A stretch of 64,000 nucleotides of DNA from positions 1,558 through 65,557 of the forward strand of contig JASBSJ010000082.1 of NCBI GenBank assembly GCA_030148985.1, given 5' to 3'. The stretch comes from Sphingopyxis sp. (GTDB lineage Bacteria > Pseudomonadota > Alphaproteobacteria > Sphingomonadales > Sphingomonadaceae). Both the position numbers and the translations under genes were made by a program. The notes under the pieces were generated by a model. It did no database searches and was not told the DNA's origin. It saw only the letters and a list, made by a program, of their open reading frames with translations. Positions 57,527 through 64,000 of the stretch are shown in pieces. How positions within the stretch are numbered: the first letter of the stretch is position 1; every line of letters starts with the position of its first letter.

Positions 57527-59218
57527 TTACTGTCGGCAACTGCTCTCGGGGCCCGAAATCAGGTCGAGGCAGCGGCCATCGATCATATTGCTATCGACCG
57601 GCAGGCCGATCAGCGACGCCAGGGTCGGCATGATGTCCACTGTCATCACCGCGTTGGGCTGTTCGAACCCGGCAAGCCCCTTGCGCCAGAAGATCATCGG
57701 CACGCGGCGGTCATAGTCCCACACCGACCCGTGAGTCGCGACATAGCCGATGCCCGGTTCGGCGATCGGCGTGACGCGGGCCTTCAGCGCGATGATGAAG
57801 TCGCCCGAGCGGTCGGGATGAAAGGAGGCGCGCAACCGGTCCATCACGCTCCACATATCGGGCGCACGCTTCGACACAGGATGCGCTGCAAGTTCCTCGC
57901 GCGTCGCGACCACCTCAACCTGCGGGTGCGCGCGCAGGCGCGGCAGGATTTCGGCAAGCGCCGCCTTGCGCTGCGCCACGGTCAGCGCCTTCGAGAGATA
58001 ATAGTCGCCGCTCTCGCCATAGAGCAGGGGCTGCGGCAGGCCGAGCTTTTGGGCCACATCGACGCCCAGCGCCTCGGGATCGAGCGCCTTGTCGACGCGC
58101 TGCGCATCGGGCCAGGCGTTCTGGCGGTTGCGTTCGGGCAGGTCGTGGCCGCCATGATCGGCGGTCAAAACGACGGCATAATCGATGCCCGTCGCATCGA
58201 GCCGCGCGAGAAAATCGCCAAGCTCGCGGTCGAGCCCCGCAAGTTGCAGGCACATTTCGCTGCCCTCGGTTCCCGCGCCGTGCCCGACATAGTCGGTGGC
58301 GGACAGACCGACGATCAGCAGGTCGGTGGTGCTGCCCTCGCCCATCCGGCGCGCCTGACGCAGCGCCGCGGCCGCCGCGAGCACGGCACCATCGGCTTCG
58401 GGCGATGCCATGAAGCGGCGGAAGGCGCCCGCGTCGCGCGCCAGGCGCCCGGTGCCGACCGAGCCGCCCGTCTCGAGCGGAATGGCGATGTCCTGCGCCG
58501 CGCATTCGGCGGGCAGCGTGAGCGGCCCGCGCGGCTGGTTGATCGCCGCGGCAATCGCCGTCCCCGCCCGCTCGGCAGTCGGCGACAGCGGCGTGCCGCG
58601 ATAGCTGGTGAGGCCGGTGGGCGCGAGCCACAGCGTCTCGTCGGCGCGATGCCCGCCCATCATGATCGCGGCGCGGTCCTTGCCCGCAACCGCGACGACC
58701 TGCGCCTGCGGATCGCGCGCCTTCATCAGATCGCCGAGCGTCGGGACGAGCAAATGCTTGACCGACGGCGCATATTTGCCGCTGCCCGAGCTGGTGTCCG
58801 GCACCGCCTCATCCTCGGCGCAATAGACGCGCTTGTCGGCGCGCGTGACCGACAGGTCGAAATAATTATTCGCGATGACGCCCGTGCGCGCCGGATGGGC
58901 GCCGGTGAGGATCGTCGAATGGCCGGGGCAGGTTTCGGTCGCACCGTGCGCCTGATAGCCCGAAGGAAAGACCACCCCTGACGCAAGCCGCGCAAAGCCG
59001 CCGCGGAAACGACCGCGATATTCGGCGAACAGATCGGCCGACAGCTGATCGACCGCGACGACGACGAGCAGCTTCGGGGCCGGAGTCGCTGTCGTCGCCG
59101 CCATGGGCTCGGGCGCCGCGGCGGGCGCGGTTTCCTGCGCAACCGTCGTTCCGGCAACGGCGAGGCAAAGCGCCCCGGCAAGGGCGGCGATCGGATATTT
59201 GAGCTTCACGGGCGGCAT
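57527..59218 (-). CDS. Alkaline phosphatase superfamily protein (PhoK/PafA-like)
   Basis: VDQL, TETCPGH (Thr nucleophile), KDRAA, DYVGH, TADHG, THGS; signal peptide. Confidence 0.9.
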   Translation of the reverse strand: MPPVKLKYPIAALAGALCLAVAGTTVAQETAPAAAPEPMAATTATPAPKLLVVVAVDQLSADLFAEYRGRFRGGFARLASGVVFPSGYQAHGATETCPGHSTILTGAHPARTGVIANNYFDLSVTRADKRVYCAEDEAVPDTSSGSGKYAPSVKHLLVPTLGDLMKARDPQAQVVAVAGKDRAAIMMGGHRADETLWLAPTGLTSYRGTPLSPTAERAGTAIAAAINQPRGPLTLPAECAAQDIAIPLETGGSVGTGRLARDAGAFRRFMASPEADGAVLAAAAALRQARRMGEGSTTDLLIVGLSATDYVGHGAGTEGSEMCLQLAGLDRELGDFLARLDATGIDYAVVLTADHGGHDLPERNRQNAWPDAQRVDKALDPEALGVDVAQKLGLPQPLLYGESGDYYLSKALTVAQRKAALAEILPRLRAHPQVEVVATREELAAHPVSKRAPDMWSVMDRLRASFHPDRSGDFIIALKARVTPIAEPGIGYVATHGSVWDYDRRVPMIFWRKGLAGFEQPNAVMTVDIMPTLASLIGLPVDSNMIDGRCLDLISGPESSCRQ

Positions 59219-59333
59219 CTCCGTCGGGTGGGTGTCAGCGCGGGCTGTCCTCTCGACGAAAGCCGCCTATATGGCAAGCCTTCGAAAAGCAGACGATCGC
59301 GGGCAGAGCATGAAATTGGCGAGTGAGGCTTTT

Positions 59334-61373
59334 GTGACACGCATCGGGCGGACGCTGCTCGCCTTGCTTGCTGCCGCGCTGCTGGCGACCGGCCCCGCGC
59401 ACGCGCAGGCGACGCATATCACGCCGCGGCTGGTCGCCGAATCGACGGCTCCGGCGCCGGGCGGCACGACGACGCTTGCGCTGACCATGACCCCCGAAAA
59501 GCCTTGGCACGGCTATTGGGTCAATGGCGGCGATGCGGGGTTCGGGCTGACGGTCGACTGGAACCTGCCCGACGGCGTGAGCGTCGCGCCCTTTCGCTAC
59601 CCCGTTCCCGACGCGCTGATCCTCTTTGGCATGATGAACCATGTCTATGAGCATCCCTATGCCTTGCTTGCGGAGGTCAGCGTCGTCCGGTCGGTCGCAC
59701 CGGGAACCGACCTGACCCTGTCGGGCGTCGCCAACTGGCTCGCCTGCACCGACAAGGTGTGCGTCCCTGAAAAAGCTGTCATCTCGGTCCGACTGACCGC
59801 CGGGGACGGTGCAGTTCCGGGCGAGGCGCGGGCGCGCTTTGACGCGTGGCGCGCCTTGCTGCCTCAGCCGCTCGACCGGCAGGGGAACTGGGAGCGCCAC
59901 GGCGACAATGTGCGGTTCGCGATCCCCCTGCCCGCCAGCGTCGCGATCGACACGCCGCACCTGTTCGTCGAGACGCAGGATGTCATCGACTATGCCGCAC
60001 CCCAGCGCATCAGCCGGAACGGCGACCGCATCATCGTCGAGGCGCGTGCCAAGGGGACGCGCGAGGGGCCGGTGGCGGCGCTGCTAAAGACCGGTGACGG
60101 GCGCGGCCTGTCGCTGATGCTTGCGCCGGGTGCCGTGCCCGCCGCGGGCGATCCGGTTGCTGCGGCGTCGGCGGGTATCGACATGGGTCTGTTCTGGACT
60201 GCACTCGGCGGCGCGATCCTCGGCGGGCTGATCCTCAACCTGATGCCGTGCGTCTTTCCGATCCTGAGCCTGAAGGCGCTGAGCCTCGCGCGCTCGGGCG
60301 GCGACGCGCGAACCGCCAGAGCCGAGGCGCTGGCCTATACGGCGGGCGCCATCGTCACCGCCTTGCTGCTTGGCGGCGCGCTGCTGGCGTTGCGTGCGGC
60401 GGGCGAACAGGTCGGCTGGGCGTTCCAGCTCCAGCATCCGGTAAGCGTGCTCGCGCTGCTGCTCCTCGCGCTCGCGATCACATTGAACCTGCTCGGATCC
60501 TATGAACTGCCTTCGTTCGGCGGCGGTCAGACGCTCGCGGATCGGGGCGGCGCGGCGGGCGGTTTCTGGACCGGCGCGCTCGCCGCTTTCGTCGCGACGC
60601 CGTGCAGCGGGCCGCTGCTCGGCGCCGCGCTCGGCGCGACGCTGGCGCTGCCCGCCTGGGCGGCGCTGCCGATCTTCGGCGGGCTCGGACTGGGACTCGC
60701 GCTGCCCTTCCTTGCGATCGGCTTTGTTCCCGCGCTCCGACGCCGCCTACCAAAGCCGGGGCCGTGGATGGGCACATTCCGCCGCTGGATGGCGCTGCCG
60801 ATGGGGCTGACCACGCTTGCGTTGGTCTGGCTCTTCGGGCGCCAACTCGGCAGCGGCGAGCAGCTGATCTGGCCCGCCGTTGCGGTCGCCATGGCGCTCG
60901 TGCTGCTCACCCATTATGGCGCAGTCCAGCGCGGCGACCGGCGGTCGTGGCTGCTGATCGCCTCCGGCCTGCTTTTCATCGTCAGCCTTGGCGCCACGGT
61001 CGCCGAAGTTGCGCAGGCCGAACGCACTGCCGAGGGAAGCGGCTCCACCTTCTCCCCCGACGCGCTCGCCACGGCGCGCGCCACGGGCAAGCCCGTCTTC
61101 GTCTATTTCACCGCCGACTGGTGCCTGTCGTGCAAGGCGAACGAAGCGGGCGCGATCAACCGCGAGGCGGTGCAGGCGGCGTTCGACAAGGCGGGCGTCG
61201 TCACGCTGGTCGGCGACTGGACCAACGGCGATCCCGTCATCACACGCACGCTCGCCGAGCATGGCCGCAACAGTGTGCCGCTCTACCTCTGGTACGCGCC
61301 GGGCGCCGACCAGCCCGAGATTTTGCCGCAGATCCTGACGCCGGGGATGCTCGTCGATAAGGCAAAGCGCTGA
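59334..61373 (+). CDS. dsbD: DsbD family protein-disulfide reductase
   Basis: CTDKVC, LNLMPCVFP, ATPCSGP, WCLSCK thioredoxin domain. The start is GTG 59334 or ATG 59310. Confidence 0.9.
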   Translation: MTRIGRTLLALLAAALLATGPAHAQATHITPRLVAESTAPAPGGTTTLALTMTPEKPWHGYWVNGGDAGFGLTVDWNLPDGVSVAPFRYPVPDALILFGMMNHVYEHPYALLAEVSVVRSVAPGTDLTLSGVANWLACTDKVCVPEKAVISVRLTAGDGAVPGEARARFDAWRALLPQPLDRQGNWERHGDNVRFAIPLPASVAIDTPHLFVETQDVIDYAAPQRISRNGDRIIVEARAKGTREGPVAALLKTGDGRGLSLMLAPGAVPAAGDPVAAASAGIDMGLFWTALGGAILGGLILNLMPCVFPILSLKALSLARSGGDARTARAEALAYTAGAIVTALLLGGALLALRAAGEQVGWAFQLQHPVSVLALLLLALAITLNLLGSYELPSFGGGQTLADRGGAAGGFWTGALAAFVATPCSGPLLGAALGATLALPAWAALPIFGGLGLGLALPFLAIGFVPALRRRLPKPGPWMGTFRRWMALPMGLTTLALVWLFGRQLGSGEQLIWPAVAVAMALVLLTHYGAVQRGDRRSWLLIASGLLFIVSLGATVAEVAQAERTAEGSGSTFSPDALATARATGKPVFVYFTADWCLSCKANEAGAINREAVQAAFDKAGVVTLVGDWTNGDPVITRTLAEHGRNSVPLYLWYAPGADQPEILPQILTPGMLVDKAKR

Positions 61374-62113
61374 TGGCCAAACAGCGCGCCGACCAGTTGC
61401 TCGTCGACCGCGGCCTGGCCGAAAGCCGGACGCGCGCGCAGGCGCTGATCCTTGCCGGACTCGCCTTCGTCGGCGACCGCAAGATCGACAAGGCGGGACA
61501 GCAGATCGCCGCCGATGCCGAGGTGAGCGTCAAGGGCCGCGACCATCCGTGGGTGTCGCGCGGCGGGATCAAGCTCGACCATGCGCTCACGCATCTCGGC
61601 TGGGACGTGACGGGCGCGGTGGCGATCGACGTCGGCTCATCGACCGGAGGCTTTACTGACGTGCTGCTGAGCCGCGGCGCCGCGCGGGTTTATGCTGTCG
61701 ATTCGGGCACCAACCAGCTCGCGTGGAAACTGCGGCAGGACGCGCGCGTCATCGTCCATGAACAGACGAGCGCCCGCATCCTCACCGCACAGCATATTCC
61801 CGAACCCGTCGACCTGATTGTCTGCGACGCCAGCTTCATCGCACTATCGAAGGTGCTGCCTGTGCCGATGTCTTTCGCGAAACCGCGCGCGCGATTGGTC
61901 GCGCTCATCAAGCCGCAGTTCGAGGCCGAGCGCCACGAGGTCGGCAAGAAGGGCGTCGTGCGCGACGCGGCGGTCCATGCGCGCGTGTGCGCCGAAGTGC
62001 AGGACTGGCTGACCGGCGAAGGCTGGGACGTTGCCGACCTGGTCGAAAGCCCGATCACCGGCCCCGAAGGCAATGTCGAATTTCTGATCGCGGCGATCAA
62101 GCGAACGACTTGA
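61373..62113 (+). CDS. tlyA: TlyA family rRNA methyltransferase
   Basis: S4 domain, WVSRGGIKL, DVGSSTGGFTD, LIKPQFE, SPITGPEGNVE. Confidence 0.95.
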   Translation: MAKQRADQLLVDRGLAESRTRAQALILAGLAFVGDRKIDKAGQQIAADAEVSVKGRDHPWVSRGGIKLDHALTHLGWDVTGAVAIDVGSSTGGFTDVLLSRGAARVYAVDSGTNQLAWKLRQDARVIVHEQTSARILTAQHIPEPVDLIVCDASFIALSKVLPVPMSFAKPRARLVALIKPQFEAERHEVGKKGVVRDAAVHARVCAEVQDWLTGEGWDVADLVESPITGPEGNVEFLIAAIKRTT

Positions 62114-62174
62114 CGCTGCGCCGCACAATCGCGACACAAATGCAACGGATTCGCCGGTGGGGGATATTGCCGAC

Positions 62175-62726
62175 ATGACCGAAATCGCAACGCCGGGCCA
62201 GCTTCGCATGTCCTACCTCCGCTGGGCGCTCGTCACCGTGCCCGCCATCGTCCTGATCGGCAGCCTGATGGGCATCCTTTCGAACAGCGGCTATGACAAT
62301 CGCTGGTTCGCCGCGCTCGACCTGCCGTCGATCACGCCGCCGGGCTGGGTGTTCGGCGTCGTCTGGCCGATCCTGTACATCATGCTGGGGCTGTCGCTGG
62401 CGATGATCCTGCATGCGCGCGGGGCCAAAGGGCGCGGCTTTGCGCTGCTCCTGTTCTTCGTCCAGCTGATCGCCAATTTCGCCTGGTCGCCGCTGTTCTT
62501 CGGCCAACATGAAGTGACGAAGGCGCTCTACCTTATCATCTTCATTTTGATGGTGACGATCGCGACCGCCTTTGCCTTTGCGCCGATCCGCAAGGCCGCG
62601 GCGTGGCTGCTCGTCCCCTATATGGCCTGGCTCAGCTTTGCCGCGATCCTGAATTTCCAGATCGACCAGCGCAATCCCGATGCCGAAACCCTTGTCCCTG
62701 CCGCCGCCAGCACCCAGATAGGGTAA
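62175..62726 (+). CDS. tspO: TspO/MBR family protein
   Basis: WFAAL..PPGWVFGVVWPILY, NFAWSPLFF, LLVPYMAWLSFA. Confidence 0.92.
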   Translation: MTEIATPGQLRMSYLRWALVTVPAIVLIGSLMGILSNSGYDNRWFAALDLPSITPPGWVFGVVWPILYIMLGLSLAMILHARGAKGRGFALLLFFVQLIANFAWSPLFFGQHEVTKALYLIIFILMVTIATAFAFAPIRKAAAWLLVPYMAWLSFAAILNFQIDQRNPDAETLVPAAASTQIG

Positions 62727-62761
62727 GGCAAGGGGCTGTCCCCGACGAAGGAATATCAGAC

Positions 62762-63115
62762 ATGCAGAGCGAAAACCGCTTTTTCGACGACCTGGCCAAG
62801 ATGGTGAACGGCATCGCCGGAACCGTCGCCGGCGCCGGCCGCGAGGCCGAAGCCGCGATGCGCGACCGCGCCAAGGAATTTGTCGGCCGCATGGATTTCG
62901 TCAGCCGCGAGGAATTCGAGGCGGTGAAGCAGATGGCTGCCACCGCGCGCGCCGAAGCCGAAGCACTGAAGGCCCGCCTCGACAAGCTGGAAGGCGTGGC
63001 GAAGGCTGCTGCCAAGCCTGCGGCTGCGGCGCCGAAAGCGGCTGCCAAGCCTGCCGCTGCGACCAAGTCCGCGACGAAGCCTGCCGCGAAGCCGAAAGCA
63101 GCACCCAAGGCGTAA
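62762..63115 (+). CDS. ubiK: Accessory factor UbiK (BMFP) family protein with Ala/Lys/Pro-rich tail
   Basis: FFDDLAK, MDFVSREEFEAVK, LKARLDKLE. Confidence 0.85.
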   Translation: MQSENRFFDDLAKMVNGIAGTVAGAGREAEAAMRDRAKEFVGRMDFVSREEFEAVKQMAATARAEAEALKARLDKLEGVAKAAAKPAAAAPKAAAKPAAATKSATKPAAKPKAAPKA

Positions 63116-63116
63116 T

Positions 63117-63206
63117 CGTCGCCCCCGCGAAGGCGGGGGCCGCTGTCGGTTTACTTGGCGGCGCAGGAAAAGGCCGATGGCGGCCCCCGCCTCCGCGGGG
63201 GCGACG
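63117..63206. repeat. 90-bp REP-doublet-like palindromic element (family C), copy 2
   Basis: The left arm is identical to copy 1. The spacer matches the reverse complement of the copy 1 spacer at about 21/32. Confidence 0.9.
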
Positions 63207-63256
63207 TTTTGCGTCGATGACTCGCCACCCGACCAAACACTCGCTAAAGCGCGCCT

Positions 63257-63763
63257 ATGAGTGACGATATTTACGAAGACGACGACGGTCAGGACGCGGC
63301 GCCGATGGACATGCTCGCCTCCTATTTCGCTGCGCACGACTGGCCGCACGAAATGGTCGGCGAGGATGAGATTGTCGCAACCGCGCAGGGCAGCTGGACG
63401 ACCTATGAACTACGCGCGGTGTGGCGCGCCGACGACGGTGTGATCCAGCTCCTCGCCTTTCCCGACATCCGCGTCGTCGAGGACAAGCGCGCCGTCGCGC
63501 ACGAGGCGCTGGCGATGATCAACGAGCAGCTGTGGCTCGGCCATTTCGAGCTCTGGTCGAACAGCGGCACGATCCTCTATCGCCACGGGATGCTGCTCGG
63601 CGCCGACGCCGCGCTGCCGCTCGACCTTACCGAGACGCTCGTCGAAAGCGCGATCGACGAATGCGAGCGCTTTTACCCGGTGTTCCAGTTCGTGCTGTGG
63701 GGCGGCAAGACCCCCGCCGAAGCGCTCGCCGCCTCGCTCATCGAAACGCGCGGCGAGGCTTAA
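63257..63763 (+). CDS. YbjN domain protein
   Basis: GSWTTYEL, INEQLWLGHFELW, ECERFYPVFQFVLWGGK, ETRGEA; located after ubiK. Confidence 0.85.
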   Translation: MSDDIYEDDDGQDAAPMDMLASYFAAHDWPHEMVGEDEIVATAQGSWTTYELRAVWRADDGVIQLLAFPDIRVVEDKRAVAHEALAMINEQLWLGHFELWSNSGTILYRHGMLLGADAALPLDLTETLVESAIDECERFYPVFQFVLWGGKTPAEALAASLIETRGEA

Positions 63764-63776
63764 CGCTCCCCATAAT

Positions 63777-63855
63777 CCGTTCGTGTCAAGCGAAGTCGAG
63801 ACACGCTGACATCGAGCATGGCCTCCCGTGTCTCGACTTCGCTCGACACGAACGG
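63777..63855. repeat. Palindromic repeat element (family A), intergenic copy
   Basis: CCGTTCGTGTCAAGCGAAGTCGAGACACG-N21-CGTGTCTCGACTTCGCTCGACACGAACGG; arms nearly identical to the copy in mfd. Confidence 0.9.
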
Positions 63856-63869
63856 GATTTGAAGGTGGC

Positions 63870-63998
63870 TTATCGCTTCTCGAAGCGCGCCAGTCCCGCC
63901 CCCAGCTCATTCGCGCCGATCGCCAGCGCCTCACCGCTCCAGTCGGCGACAAACACCGATCGGCGGTCCATCCCCGCGGGCAGGCTCGCCCGATTGGC
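63870..63998 (-). CDS. 3' end of an unidentified gene running off the window
   Basis: Open frame ANRASLPAGMDRRSVFVADWSGEALAIGANELGAGLARFEKR* with GC-rich third positions, convergent on ybjN. Confidence 0.45.
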   Translation of the reverse strand, partial: ANRASLPAGMDRRSVFVADWSGEALAIGANELGAGLARFEKR

Positions 63999-64000
63999 TT

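Noticed and set aside
184-63952. Many long antisense and alternative-frame ORFs in the track
   Set aside because: These are typical shadows of high-GC coding sequence with no recognisable motifs. The exceptions are the IS5 relic and the repeat-encoded peptides reported above.
1-64000. CRISPR array, integron, prophage or defence system
   Set aside because: No regularly spaced direct repeats and no cas, integrase, phage or nuclease genes were found. The palindromes are dispersed single elements.

Overview
GC-rich alphaproteobacterial chromosome segment; gene content and order suggest a sphingomonad such as Sphingopyxis (inference, no search run). The left core flank (1-7150) holds sdhE-like, mfd, an EAL protein, moaA, NAD kinase and tRNA-Asn. 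The right core flank (54772-64000) holds tRNA-Gln, ilvE, MarR, proC, an alkaline phosphatase, dsbD, tlyA, tspO, ubiK and ybjN. Between the two convergent tRNAs lies a ~47.6 kb accessory region with no integrase. It is built from four catabolic modules, each with its own TonB-dependent receptor, its own regulator (TetR, XRE-cupin, LacI, GntR) and its own candidate operator motif, and it has IS or gene-fragment scars at some joints. The strongest candidate for an undescribed system is the GntR module (39772-54608). Five copies of a TTTGTTATA-N4-TATAWCAAA-like palindrome link three secreted DUF4437-like bicupin paralogs, a receptor, an MFS, two PuuE-like hydrolases, an isochorismatase-type amidase, a divergent LeuCD pair, a class III CoA-transferase and an HMG-CoA-lyase homolog. 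This reads as a complete route for a substituted cyclic imide or N-heterocycle, though the substrate is inferred. The core flanks carry three families of short palindromic repeats. One copy is inserted in frame inside mfd and adds a peptide to the protein. Product calls come from motif recognition by eye.
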